Shown piece after piece: positions 53,686 through 64,000 of a stretch of 64,000 nucleotides of DNA. The DNA lies in contig CAWFIB010000005.1 in assembly GCA_963815775.1 (NCBI GenBank), forward strand, positions 17,482 to 81,481, in the 5' to 3' direction. The notes under the pieces were generated by a model. It was not told where the DNA came from. It saw nothing but the letters and a program-made list of their open reading frames with translations, and did no database searches. Position numbers and translations under genes: made by a program. Each line of letters begins with the position of its first letter. Position 1 is the first letter of the stretch. This DNA comes from an uncultured Acidobacteriaceae bacterium (GTDB lineage: Bacteria > Acidobacteriota > Terriglobia > Terriglobales > Acidobacteriaceae).

Positions 53686-54378
53686 CTATTGCGCAGACAG
53701 ACGCCCCTTCACAGGCGCCACCAGCCGCTCGCCCACCGCGCGCGCAATGTCCTGATGCACCTCTTCAATCGGTCGTCGGGCATCGACCAGAACGACACGT
53801 TTTGTTTCCCGTTCTGCAATCTTCAAATATGCCTCATGCACCCGGGTGAAGAAGGCGCGACTCTCGCGCTCGAAGCGGTTCTCATCGGGAGCGTCGCCTG
53901 ACGTGGCAATTTTGTTCCGCCGTCGCGCCCGCTGCACGCTATAAGCCACGTCGGAATCCATCAGGATCGTCAGGTCAGGCCACAGGTTGCGACAAAGTAC
54001 GCGATGCAACTCAAACACAGGTCCGCTGCCAAGCTGGCGGCCGCCGCCCTGATACGCCTCAGTCGAATCGGTGAAGCGGTCGCACAGCACCCACGTCCCG
54101 GAGTTCAGCGCCGGCAGGATGACCTGAGCGATCAGTTGCGCCCGCGAGGTAAACATCAGCGCCATCTCGGCCCAGGGATCGAGCCCGGCAGTGCGCGAAT
54201 CGAGCAGCACGGCGCGAATGCGCTCGCCAATCTCGGTTCCTCCTGGCTCGCGCGTCGTCAGCACGTCGATGCCTTCGGAGCGCAGCGAGGCGGCAAGCTT
54301 CTCCATCTGCGTGGTCTTGCCGCAGCCGTCGAGACCTTCAAAGGTGATGAATTTTCCGACTCGCGTCGCCTTGGGCAC
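53686..54378 (-). CDS. tmk: dTMP kinase
   Basis: FITFEGLDGCGKTTQ P-loop, TREPGGT and the DRF motif. Confidence 0.92.
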   Translation of the reverse strand: MPKATRVGKFITFEGLDGCGKTTQMEKLAASLRSEGIDVLTTREPGGTEIGERIRAVLLDSRTAGLDPWAEMALMFTSRAQLIAQVILPALNSGTWVLCDRFTDSTEAYQGGGRQLGSGPVFELHRVLCRNLWPDLTILMDSDVAYSVQRARRRNKIATSGDAPDENRFERESRAFFTRVHEAYLKIAERETKRVVLVDARRPIEEVHQDIARAVGERLVAPVKGRLSAQ

Positions 54379-54405
54379 AGGTAATCGTAGCAGGGTGAAA
54401 AAAGC

Positions 54406-55338
<933 letters not shown>

Positions 55339-55339
55339 C

Positions 55340-56611
55340 TCAGGCCTTGACCCGTTGAGCAGTAGGACTGCTTTCCAGGCTGATGCGCACCCGGTCGACG
55401 CGGCGCTCGGTTGACTCCAGCACTTCAAACTTCAAGCCGTTCTCCTCGAAGACCTCGCCGGCTTTGGGAATGTGTCCAGCCAGTTCGCTCACCAGTCCTG
55501 CCACCGTGGTTGCATCTTTTTCTTCCGGACGCACCCCCAGCAGCTTTTCGATGAGGTCGAGATCGGTGTTGCCGTTGAAGACATAGGATGTGTCGCTCTC
55601 CTTCACAATCTCGACCTTCTCATGCTCATCGCGAATTTCGCCGACAATCTCTTCCACCATGTCTTCAATGGTCAGCAGCCCGCTGACGCCGCCATATTCA
55701 TCCACCGCAATGGCCAGGCGAACATTTTCGCGCTGCATCTCGCGCAACAGATCGCTGCCCAGCTTGGTCTCAGGCACAAAGCAGACATCGGTCTTCATGA
55801 TGTCGCGTACCGTTTTGGTGGCTGCCTCTTTGTCGGTGAGCTGCAACAAATCCTTGGCGTAGACGATTCCTTTGATATGGTCGATGTCTCCGTCGAAGAC
55901 CGGAATACGCGAGTAGGGATACTTGTTGATCAGCTCGGTGAACTCCTGAAGCGTGGTGGTGATGGGCACGGAGACAATTTCCGGGCGCGGCGTCATCACC
56001 TCGCGTACCGTCTTATCGCCAAACTCCACGACGGAGTGAATCAGGTCGCGATCGCTCTCTTCCAGAATGCCCTCTTCCTGCCCGGCCTCGATGAGAGCGT
56101 CAACCCCCTCGGCCGATGTCTCCGGCTGTTCCTCGGCGTGATCCCGCGTCAGCTTCGCCACTGACAGCGCGAACCCCAGTACCAGCGTTGCCGGCATTGC
56201 CAGATAAATCAGCGCGCGCAGCAGCGGTACAAAATGCACCAGCCATTCTCCCCGGGTGCGCACGAAAAACACGTAGGGCAGCAGCCGATTAAAGATGACG
56301 ATGATGAAGACCAGGCTGACAGCGGCCTGAAGTATGTCGAGTGCCACCCACCGCCGGTCCACGAACAGGAGCCAGCCGATGACCAGCCCGATCGAGGCCA
56401 TGCAGAGTTGCGCGATCATTGCCATGGAAAGTGCGGCGCGCTCCGACGTCACCTTCAGGCGCGGCTCCACGCGCTGCTCGTAGGCTTCAATATTCTCCTC
56501 AAACTCGCGGGAGAGGAATTTGCCCATCTCAGCGTAGAGGCGGTCCACGTAGGAGACCAGCGCCAGCAGCCCCATGAGAACCAGTAATGCAACGGATAAC
56601 GGAAGGTTCAT
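55340..56611 (-). CDS. CNNM/CorC-type transporter-associated protein (DUF21 + CBS pair + CorC_HlyC)
   Basis: N-terminal 4 TM helices, tandem CBS domains (REVMTPR...), and a C-terminal CorC/HlyC domain. It occupies the canonical position between ybeY and era. Confidence 0.88.
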   Translation of the reverse strand: MNLPLSVALLVLMGLLALVSYVDRLYAEMGKFLSREFEENIEAYEQRVEPRLKVTSERAALSMAMIAQLCMASIGLVIGWLLFVDRRWVALDILQAAVSLVFIIVIFNRLLPYVFFVRTRGEWLVHFVPLLRALIYLAMPATLVLGFALSVAKLTRDHAEEQPETSAEGVDALIEAGQEEGILEESDRDLIHSVVEFGDKTVREVMTPRPEIVSVPITTTLQEFTELINKYPYSRIPVFDGDIDHIKGIVYAKDLLQLTDKEAATKTVRDIMKTDVCFVPETKLGSDLLREMQRENVRLAIAVDEYGGVSGLLTIEDMVEEIVGEIRDEHEKVEIVKESDTSYVFNGNTDLDLIEKLLGVRPEEKDATTVAGLVSELAGHIPKAGEVFEENGLKFEVLESTERRVDRVRISLESSPTAQRVKA

Positions 56612-57144
56612 GCGCGGCTGCCTCCGCGCTTGAAGGGGCGTAGCTTTAGCTGCGCCGGGACAACACCTTCGTCTTTGTCATCCCGAGGGGCCTGCTTTAC
56701 TGGGCGGTCAGAAAACTCGGTTCGTTCGATCAAACCGAATGGCAATCCCAGTTCTTTCCGCAGCTCTGACTCACGTTTTGTCATTTCACCGTTGTCGGAT
56801 TCGTGATCGTACCCTGCCAGGTGCAGCAGTCCATGAAGGATGAGGATTTTCAACTCGGTATTGAGGGAATGGCCGAGGGTGCGAGCATTGGAGGCGGCGA
56901 TCCCCTGCGCGATAGCAATGTCTCCACCCGGACCGGCAAGCGAAGGGAACGACAGCACGTCGGTAGGCGCGTTCTTGTGGCGAAAGCGGCGGTTCAGCTC
57001 GTGCAGTTCACGCGCAGACGTGATGCGGACGCTGACCTCGCCACCCAGCCCAACGGCGCGCCGGGCCTTGGCCGTAAACCGGCCCAGTTCGTGCTGACTG
57101 ATTTCCTGCGATGGTCGGTGGTTTGGGTTCACGTCGTCTAACAC
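56608..57144 (-). CDS. ybeY: rRNA maturation endoribonuclease YbeY, with a ~40-aa repeat-encoded C-terminal tail
   Basis: Zinc motif HGLLHLAGYDHE. The conserved part ends near LGLPFGLIERT. The remainder (..QLKLRPFKRGGSRA) is encoded by family A/B repeat sequence. Confidence 0.88.
   Translation of the reverse strand: MLDDVNPNHRPSQEISQHELGRFTAKARRAVGLGGEVSVRITSARELHELNRRFRHKNAPTDVLSFPSLAGPGGDIAIAQGIAASNARTLGHSLNTELKILILHGLLHLAGYDHESDNGEMTKRESELRKELGLPFGLIERTEFSDRPVKQAPRDDKDEGVVPAQLKLRPFKRGGSRA
56629..56697 (-). repeat. family A hairpin (cttgaaggggcgtagc-ttt-agctgcgcc) plus a truncated family B-like segment, inside the ybeY ORF
   Basis: Direct comparison with 38696-38728 (ttttgaaggggcgcagcttcggctgcgcc) and 35011-35039. 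Confidence 0.75.
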
Positions 57145-57187
57145 GAATGGGAGGGCGATGGCCCTCCCACTTCATGGTACCAAGCTT

Positions 57188-58294
57188 CTACTCGGAAATG
57201 CGATCCGACAGGGCGGAATCGGCATTGGGCGGCATTTCGACCAGCGGCGCCTGGCGATCGTTCCCTGCCGGCGGTGTCGGCGTCTCCGTGGCGCGCGCGG
57301 CCAGGTAGGCGCTGGTGGTTTTCGGTTCCAGCGCCAGCGATAGCTGTTCGTTGCGTCCCTTGGCATCTTCGTAGGCCCGAATGATGCGCTGCACCAGATG
57401 ATGCCGAACCACGTCGCCCTCGTCGAAGTAGCAGAAGCGGATGCCTTCCACGTTCCTGAGAATGTCGACAGCCTCGACCAGCCCGCTGCGGTGCGCATTG
57501 GGCAAATCGATCTGGGTAACGTCGCCGGTGATCACCGCCTTGGAGTTGAAGCCCAGCCGGGTGACGAACATCTTCATCTGCTCAGAGGTCGTGTTCTGCG
57601 CCTCATCGAGGATCACAAAAGCATCGTTGAGGGTCCGCCCGCGCATAAAGGCGATGGGCGCAATCTCGATGATGTTCTTCTCCAGATAGCGATCGACCTT
57701 GTCCGGGTCGAGCATGTCGTACAGCGCGTCGTAGAGCGGGCGAAGGTAGGGATCGACCTTCTCCTGCAGCGTGCCGGGCAGGAAGCCCAGGCGCTCGCCG
57801 GCTTCCACCGCGGGCCGTGCCAGGATGATGCGGTTCACCCGCTTGGAGACCAGGGCCGAGATCGCCATCGCGACGGCAAGATAGGTCTTGCCGGTGCCGG
57901 CAGGCCCGACTCCGAAAACCATGTCGTGCTTCTCGATGGCTTCCAGGTAGCGCCGCTGATTGATGCTCTTGGGCTGTACCGTCCGTTTGCCGAACGAGCG
58001 TTGCTTGCCCGCCTCGGCCAGGCCGCGCAGGGTGGCTGTCGAGTCCGTCGTCAGCACGCGCAGCATCGAGCCCAGATCGCCGTTCACGAAGGTATATCCG
58101 TTGCGCAGCAGATGCTCGTAGTCGGTAAAGACCTGCTGGGCCCGGCCCACATCGCTGGTCTCCCCCTCGATCTCGATCGAGTCGGGGCGCAGGACAATGG
58201 TGACGTTCAAGCCGTCTTCCAACAGGCGCAGGTTTTCGTCGCGGGTTCCAAACAGGGTTTCGATATTGCGGCTGATCTCGATATTCTTTTTCAT
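57188..58294 (-). CDS. phoH: PhoH-family ATPase (YbeZ-like)
   Basis: [13 protein letters not shown] Walker A, DEAQN Walker B and an N-terminal KH-like region. It is the first gene of the phoH-ybeY-corC-era operon. Confidence 0.9.
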   Translation of the reverse strand: MKKNIEISRNIETLFGTRDENLRLLEDGLNVTIVLRPDSIEIEGETSDVGRAQQVFTDYEHLLRNGYTFVNGDLGSMLRVLTTDSTATLRGLAEAGKQRSFGKRTVQPKSINQRRYLEAIEKHDMVFGVGPAGTGKTYLAVAMAISALVSKRVNRIILARPAVEAGERLGFLPGTLQEKVDPYLRPLYDALYDMLDPDKVDRYLEKNIIEIAPIAFMRGRTLNDAFVILDEAQNTTSEQMKMFVTRLGFNSKAVITGDVTQIDLPNAHRSGLVEAVDILRNVEGIRFCYFDEGDVVRHHLVQRIIRAYEDAKGRNEQLSLALEPKTTSAYLAARATETPTPPAGNDRQAPLVEMPPNADSALSDRISE

Positions 58295-58818
58295 TTAGGC
58301 GCGGGCGCTGTCCTCCATGACCGCTTGCATCGCCCGCCGAAGGTCGCGGCCAGGCGTGACGTTTTCAGTCCATGACAGTGTGTTGTTTTGGTGGAAGGAG
58401 TACGGCCGGGATGTTCGCCGAAGCGAAAGACTACCATTGGCGGTTAGCGTAACCCCGATTACCGCCGGAGTCAATGCCGATTGCTTGCCGTCGACGTGCA
58501 TTTGACGGTACTTTCACATCCCGCCAGCCGACTCCTTGCCACCTATTTTTTAGATGCACTTCCCGGCAAAAGGAGTACCTGGCCCCGCGAGCGATGGGAT
58601 CGCGAATCGGCTCCCTGGCCACGCTTGAGGCGAGTTGACGGCTGGTGTCCATAGCGTCAGGGATGCGGTTCGTGCAGCTCAGCAGGGCAATTGTCCCATT
58701 GTTGCTTACTTTTCCAGGCTGTCCGGCTCCAATCTGCAGCTTTGCTGTTTGGGGCTGTAGTCCATTCCACCATTTCGGAAGTCCGCGCCCGCGGCTCACC
58801 TCCGAACAAGGAGACATC

Positions 58819-59883
58819 ATGCGAAACTTGCGTCTATCCCTCGGGGTTGCTTGCTTATCTCTGTTGTCGACCTTCTGCCTGGCTCAGTCGCAGGAACTGA
58901 ACCTGCCGCGCCAAAGCCAGCACGCGGTCGTGACCCAGCGCATCGGTATCACGGATATCACCGTCAACTATCATCGTCCGCTGGCCAATGGCCGTAAGAT
59001 CTGGGGTGGCCTGGTTCCGTATGACCAGGTATGGCGCGCTGGAGCCAACGAGAACACCACCATCACCTTTACCAGTCCTGTGACCGTCGAAGGCAAGCCG
59101 CTCGCCGCCGGTACCTACGGCCTGCACATGATCCCCACCGAAGGCGACTGGACCGTGATCTTCTCGAACATGTCCACCGCGTGGGGCAGCTTCAGCTACA
59201 AGCAGGATGAGGACGCGCTGCGCGTTACCGTGAAGCCCGGCCCGACCGACGAGCACAATGCCCTGACCTACGACTTCGACCAGCTCAAGCCCGACTCGGC
59301 TGTGCTGACCATGTCGTGGGAGAAGCTCGCAGTGCCGGTAGCAATTACCGTCGACGTCGACAAGGTCGTCCAGGCCAGCCTGCAGAAGCAGCTTCGCGGT
59401 CTGGCGCAGTACGACTGGCAATCGTGGAACGATGCCGCCAACTACTTCCTCAACGCGAAATTCGATTACGAGCAAGGACTGAAGGATGTGGACCAGTCGA
59501 TCCAGAACGAAGCGCGCTACGACAATTACATGACGAAGTCGCAGCTGCTGGATGCCATGGGCAAGACGGCCGAAGCCAAGACTGCGCGCGATGAGGCACT
59601 GAGCAAGGCTTCGGCCCTGCAACTGTACGCCTATGGGCGGCAGCTCCTGAAGCAGAGCCACAAGCCGCAAGAGGCGTTCGCGGTATTCCACCAGTTGATC
59701 AAGCGCTACCCGGATGCCTGGGTCTCACATCTGGCGCAGGCGCGGCTGGATACCGGCGACGGCAAATACGACTCGGCGATTGCGCAGATTAAGCTGTCGT
59801 ACAACGGCGCTCCGGACAACATCAAGCCGCAGCTCGACGCGCTGGAGAAGCAGTTAGAGGCGAAGCAGGACATCAACAAGTAA
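58819..59883 (+). CDS. secreted DUF2911-domain protein with a C-terminal TPR-like region
   Basis: The ATG at 58819 is preceded by aaggaga. Signal peptide present. ITVNYHRPLANGRKIWGGLVPYDQVWRAGANENTTITF matches the DUF2911 pattern. Confidence 0.7.
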   Translation: MRNLRLSLGVACLSLLSTFCLAQSQELNLPRQSQHAVVTQRIGITDITVNYHRPLANGRKIWGGLVPYDQVWRAGANENTTITFTSPVTVEGKPLAAGTYGLHMIPTEGDWTVIFSNMSTAWGSFSYKQDEDALRVTVKPGPTDEHNALTYDFDQLKPDSAVLTMSWEKLAVPVAITVDVDKVVQASLQKQLRGLAQYDWQSWNDAANYFLNAKFDYEQGLKDVDQSIQNEARYDNYMTKSQLLDAMGKTAEAKTARDEALSKASALQLYAYGRQLLKQSHKPQEAFAVFHQLIKRYPDAWVSHLAQARLDTGDGKYDSAIAQIKLSYNGAPDNIKPQLDALEKQLEAKQDINK

Positions 59884-60121
59884 ACGTTGCGGCGCGGCGA
59901 TGCTATTGTGGACTCTTGTCTGCTTCAACCGCGAAGGAGAACTTGGTGCATTTGGCAGGAAGCCAGGTTCTCCTGAACCGCTCTTTTCGTCACACACCCT
60001 GTCGACGACGCAGGTACGCGATCGATTCTTACAGTTTGCAACGATGGCGTAGCCCCTTTCGTCTACCGGCGCTGTAGAATTTCGCTGCTGAAGCGAGCCG
60101 GAGACGAAGGGGGAGCTGTGT

Positions 60122-61078
60122 ATGTCGTTCGATAAGCCAATTCGACGCATAGCGGTCGTGGGCACGGGTACGATTGGCGCAAGCTGGGCAGCTTTGTATT
60201 TGGCGCGCGGATTCAGCGTAATCGCCACCAATCCCAGTGCCGGCGCTGAAGCCGACCTGCGCCGCTATGTCGAAACGGCATGGCCGGAGTTCAGCCAGCT
60301 CGGCCTCTCGCCCAATGCATCGCTCGATCACCTGCAATTCACCACCAACCTGAAGCAGGCGCTCTCGGATGCCGACTTTGTACATGAGAATGCGCCGGAG
60401 AGGCGGGACCTCAAGATTCAGCTTTATGCCGAAATGGATGCCGCCACGCCTCCCGATTCCATCATCGCGTCGAGTTCGTCGGGCTTAAAGATGAGCGTTA
60501 TGCAGTCAGCCTGCAAGCATCCGGAGCGCTGCGTCACGGCCCATCCCTTCAACCCACCCCATGTGATTCCATTAGTCGAGATAGTTGCCGGGGAAAAGAC
60601 CTCGCCGGAAGTCGTTCGCCTGACCATGCAGTTCTTCACCTCCATCGGCAAGAAGCCGATCCACGTGCGCAAGGAAGTTGTAGGCCACGTGGCCAACCGC
60701 CTACAGGCAGCTCTTTGGCGCGAGGTGGTGTATCTCATCGAGCAAGGGGTTGTCGATGTTGGCGACGCCGACACCGCAGTCTGCTGGGGCCCGGGACTAC
60801 GGTGGGGGGTGATGGGACCCAACCTGCTATTTCATCTCGGCGGAGGCGAGGGCGGCATTCGGCATTTTCTCGATCAGTTCGCGGAGCCTTATGCAGCGTG
60901 GTGGCAGGACCTCGGCAAGCTCACCGACTTCACTCCCGAGGTAAAGCAGAAGATCATCGACGGAGTGATCGCAGAAGCGGGGGGACGTTCTCTCGACGAG
61001 CTCGGTCGAGAGCGAGACGAAGTCCTGCTTGGTCTGCTGAAATTGCGGGCCGGAATGGAGAGCGAGGCAGCCGGTTAA
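60122..61078 (+). CDS. 3-hydroxyacyl-CoA dehydrogenase family protein (L-carnitine dehydrogenase-like subgroup)
   Basis: Rossmann motif VVGTGTIGASWA, ENAPERRDLK and HPFNPPHVIPLVEIV. It is collinear with LcdH-type sequences as I recall them. Confidence 0.8.
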   Translation: MSFDKPIRRIAVVGTGTIGASWAALYLARGFSVIATNPSAGAEADLRRYVETAWPEFSQLGLSPNASLDHLQFTTNLKQALSDADFVHENAPERRDLKIQLYAEMDAATPPDSIIASSSSGLKMSVMQSACKHPERCVTAHPFNPPHVIPLVEIVAGEKTSPEVVRLTMQFFTSIGKKPIHVRKEVVGHVANRLQAALWREVVYLIEQGVVDVGDADTAVCWGPGLRWGVMGPNLLFHLGGGEGGIRHFLDQFAEPYAAWWQDLGKLTDFTPEVKQKIIDGVIAEAGGRSLDELGRERDEVLLGLLKLRAGMESEAAG

Positions 61079-61205
61079 AGCGAAGTCCGTTCCGCTGCGG
61101 CGGGACAAGTAAGCTTCGCACTAAAACTCCGACCGGCTTCCGCGGCCACCACTCCGACGTTCCCCTCACCTTATAATCGACTCGATCCCAGCCCCTGAGG
61201 AATGC

Positions 61206-61778
61206 ATGGCCGCACTGATTGATGCCATCAACGTCAAGCGCAAAATGTTCTTCGAGTTCGAAAACACTCCCTTCTGCTGCCTGGAATCGGAGGTCAACAC
61301 GCCCAGCGCGCGCGGAGCACAGACGCTGGTCCGCCTGAAGATGCGCAACCTGCTCACTAGCGCCGTCTTCGAGAAGACCTTCAAAGCAAGTGACAAGTTC
61401 AAGGAGCCCGACCTCCAGATCGGCCCGGCTTCGTACCTGTACAGCGACGGAGACGGTTCCCACTTTCTCGACCAGGAGACCTTCGAGACCCTTACCCTGA
61501 GTGACGACATGGCCGGTGACGCCCTGGATTTTCTGGTGGACGGCAGCCTGATCGAGCTGCACAGGTACAACGGCAATCCCATTGGCCTGGAACTGCCGGC
61601 GCAGGTGGAGTTGACCGTCGTTTATGCGGAACCGGGCGCGCGCGGCGACTCCGCAGGCAGCGTGACCAAGGTGGTCCGCCTGGAAACCGGATTGGAAATC
61701 CGCGTTCCCTTGTTCATCAAAGAAGGCGAGAAGGTCAAAGTCTCGACCGAAACGCGGGAGTTTGCGGGACGAGCGTAA
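61206..61778 (+). CDS. efpL: elongation factor P-like protein (YeiP/EfpL-type paralog)
   Basis: 190 aa with a three-domain EF-P layout. The loop reads NTPSARGAQT (Arg at the tip) rather than the PGKG loop of canonical EF-P. The C-terminus ..REFAGRA parallels YeiP ..RYMGRAD. Confidence 0.75.
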   Translation: MAALIDAINVKRKMFFEFENTPFCCLESEVNTPSARGAQTLVRLKMRNLLTSAVFEKTFKASDKFKEPDLQIGPASYLYSDGDGSHFLDQETFETLTLSDDMAGDALDFLVDGSLIELHRYNGNPIGLELPAQVELTVVYAEPGARGDSAGSVTKVVRLETGLEIRVPLFIKEGEKVKVSTETREFAGRA

Positions 61779-62104
61779 GGCGTCGCGCAAGGGCATGTGG
61801 TAGACCTGGCCTTCAGGCCAGCGTCACGCGTCGGTCGCGCCCCTTTTCTGCAACTCTGTGCGCTTTCGCTTAGTGGTGCGTTCTTCCTTAGAAGGCCCGC
61901 TCCTACTTCGAAACACACCCATTCAGGTCGAGCGCAGATTTGACGATGCTATTCGGGGAACTATCCACGATGCGCTTCTGGTTACACCGGCGGGACAACC
62001 TGTAGGGTTGTGGAATAATGTCGCTTCAGATACGTGGTTGTGAGAGTTGCAAATTCCTCTGGCATTGCTATGTTTCTGGACCGGCTTCAATCCGAGGGAG
62101 TGGC

Positions 62105-63796
62105 ATGAAACGTTTTGCATGTCTTTCCGCATTGCTACTTAGCGCGGTGGTTGTCCTTGCGCAGCAGTTCTCTTCTATGCCCGGGCAGGGGCGCTCCATG
62201 GTTGTCTCGAAGTTGGGCATCGTTTCCACCCCGCAGTTTCTTGCCTCCCAGGCGGGAGCTCACATCCTCGAAGAAGGCGGCAACGCTATCGACGCCGCCA
62301 TCGCGGCCAACGCGGTAATGGGCGTCGTCCAACCCTACGTCAATGGCATAGGTGGCGATCTCTTCATGATCTACTACGAGGCCAAAAGCGGCAGAATCTA
62401 CGGCCTCAACTCCAGCGGCTGGACCCCTAAGGCTTTGACCATCGATTACCTCAAATCCAAAGGCATAACCGAAATCAACCCGATTGGGGTAGAGACTATC
62501 GACATTCCTGGGGCTGTCGCCGGATGGGACGCCATGCATGCCCGTTTCGGAACGCTGCCATTCAGTGAACTCCTCGCCCCAGCCATCTATTACGCGCAGA
62601 ACGGATTTCCCCTGGCCGAGCGCAACGCCCGCTACTGGATCGGCAAGAAATTTCTGGATCAGCCCGGCTACAAAGAGACCTTCGTCATCTGGCCGAGTGC
62701 CCCGAAACCTGGCGACCTTTTCAAAAACCCCGCTCTAGCCAACTCGCTTCGCCAGATCGCCGAACATGGCCGCGATGCTTTCTACGACGGCCCCATGACC
62801 GAGACGATGGTCAAATTTCTCGATGCTCAAGGGGGAACTCATACTCTCGAAGACTTCCGTGACTTCCAGCCCGAGTGGGTCGCGCCAGTCTCCACTACCT
62901 ATCGTGGCTGGACCGTCTACGAACTTCCTCCCAACGGCCAGGGCATTGCCGCCCTCTCCATGCTCAACATCATGGAACACTTTCCCATGGCCCAGTACGG
63001 TCACAACTCCGTCGATGCTCTCCATGTCATGATCGAGGCCAAGAAACTTGCTTATGCTGACATGTACAAGTACGTCGGCGATCCACGCTTTACGCCTATC
63101 CCGGTGAAGGAGCTCATCTCGAAAGATCTCGGCGACAAGCGCGCCAAGCTTATCGACATGAAGAAGGCCACCTGTCAGGTCGTTCCCTCGGACATTTCAG
63201 CGGAACTGAACCAGCACGGCAACTCCACCATCTATCTCTCCACGATTGATAAGGACGGCAACATTGTCTCCCTCATTCAGAGCAACTATGGCGGCTATGG
63301 CACCGGCTTGGTCGCTCCGGGTCTGGGCTTTTCCTTTCAGAATCGCGGCGCCGGCTTCCAACTCACTCCCGGCTTGCCCAACTCACTCGCCGGGCACAAG
63401 CGCCCTCTCCACACCATCATCCCGGCGTTCATGGAGAAGGGCGACATCCATATCGGCTTCGGCATCATGGGCGGGTGGAACCAGGCTCAGGCGCACGCCC
63501 AGTTCGTAGCCAACGTCGTCGACTACGGCATGAACGTCCAGGCCGCGCTCGAACAGCCCCGCTTCACCAAAGAGACCTTTGAGGGCTGCGATGTGCAGAT
63601 GGAGGAGACCATCCCTGCCGACATCCGCGCTGGCCTCACGCAACGGGGTCACCAGATCCGGCTGCTGGAACCTTTCTCCTTTACCGTGGGCCAGGGGGCA
63701 GCTGTCGTCCGCGACAGCAGCCGGGAGGTCAACTTTGCTGCAGGGGATCCCCGTTCCGACGGGGCAGCCATTCCTCAGGAGCCGAACACCAAGTAG
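62105..63796 (+). CDS. ggt: gamma-glutamyltransferase
   Basis: Signal peptide MKRFACLSALLLSAVVVLA. Autoprocessing site context NSTIYLSTIDKDGN (Thr nucleophile). GGYG...P motifs are also present. Confidence 0.92.
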   Translation: MKRFACLSALLLSAVVVLAQQFSSMPGQGRSMVVSKLGIVSTPQFLASQAGAHILEEGGNAIDAAIAANAVMGVVQPYVNGIGGDLFMIYYEAKSGRIYGLNSSGWTPKALTIDYLKSKGITEINPIGVETIDIPGAVAGWDAMHARFGTLPFSELLAPAIYYAQNGFPLAERNARYWIGKKFLDQPGYKETFVIWPSAPKPGDLFKNPALANSLRQIAEHGRDAFYDGPMTETMVKFLDAQGGTHTLEDFRDFQPEWVAPVSTTYRGWTVYELPPNGQGIAALSMLNIMEHFPMAQYGHNSVDALHVMIEAKKLAYADMYKYVGDPRFTPIPVKELISKDLGDKRAKLIDMKKATCQVVPSDISAELNQHGNSTIYLSTIDKDGNIVSLIQSNYGGYGTGLVAPGLGFSFQNRGAGFQLTPGLPNSLAGHKRPLHTIIPAFMEKGDIHIGFGIMGGWNQAQAHAQFVANVVDYGMNVQAALEQPRFTKETFEGCDVQMEETIPADIRAGLTQRGHQIRLLEPFSFTVGQGAAVVRDSSREVNFAAGDPRSDGAAIPQEPNTK

Positions 63797-63824
63797 CTCA
63801 CGCTGATGACGAACAGGGGTAGAT

Positions 63825-64000
63825 TTGCCCGAAGGTCTTTTTCACGCTGCGGGCTCTATTTCCCATCTCAACAATGCGCGAGACCGGCTGATTGTGGAAA
63901 AGATCGCCAAGGTTATCCAACGCAGCGGAAGAGATATCTTTACTGCTCCATCGGGAAACGGTATTGGCGCACCCCACAAGAATTCAGCAAAAAATTCGCT
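63825..64000 (+). CDS. possible 5' fragment of a CDS running off the right edge
   Basis: The frame is open from TTG at 63825 to the window end (LPEGLFHAAGSISHLNNARDRLIVEKIAKVIQRSGRDIFTAPSGNGIG...). It has protein-like composition, but no family is recognised and the start is uncertain. Confidence 0.25.
   Translation, partial: MPEGLFHAAGSISHLNNARDRLIVEKIAKVIQRSGRDIFTAPSGNGIGAPHKNSAKNS

Overview
High-GC bacterial chromosome segment. Gene content and the dispersed repeat families suggest Acidobacteriota/Terriglobia, but that is a low-confidence inference. About 55 protein genes are supportable and most are housekeeping. They include malQ (partial) and treY, a four-subunit 2-oxoacid:ferredoxin oxidoreductase operon in delta-alpha-beta-gamma order, gyrA, lpxD, and a contiguous respiratory block: caa3-type cytochrome c oxidase subunits II, I and III, an orphan membrane protein, a dihaem cytochrome c, a Rieske protein, a cytochrome b fused to cytochrome c, and ctaG. 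Also present are uppP, rnj, dapD-dapA, holB, tmk, the phoH-ybeY-corC-era operon, an EF-P-like paralog and ggt. I found no rRNA, tRNA or CRISPR array. The non-routine content is as follows. (1) A single IS200-like REP-associated tyrosine transposase (RAYT) abutted on both sides by stacked palindromes. Related palindromic or TIR-bounded repeat families fill almost every long intergenic gap and in one case run into a coding region. (2) A visibly more AT-rich three-gene islet (6.5-9.8 kb) encoding secreted proteins: a helical lipoprotein, a 10-Cys protein and a YD-repeat protein. One of these has an apparent signal peptide with no canonical start codon. (3) The oxidase/bc cluster, whose gene order recalls actinobacterial ctaE-qcrCAB and which carries four c-type haem motifs and an unassigned 7-TM protein. 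(4) Several unusual architectures: a nucleotidyltransferase with a Pro9 tract and histone-H1-like tail, a small coiled-coil/AT-hook protein, and a GT-C-like membrane protein paired with a Pro/Tyr-rich secreted protein. (5) A decayed parDE-like module. I cannot show from sequence alone that any of these is a new system. No database search or computed statistic was available, and start codons were chosen by reading the ORF translations and local Shine-Dalgarno context.
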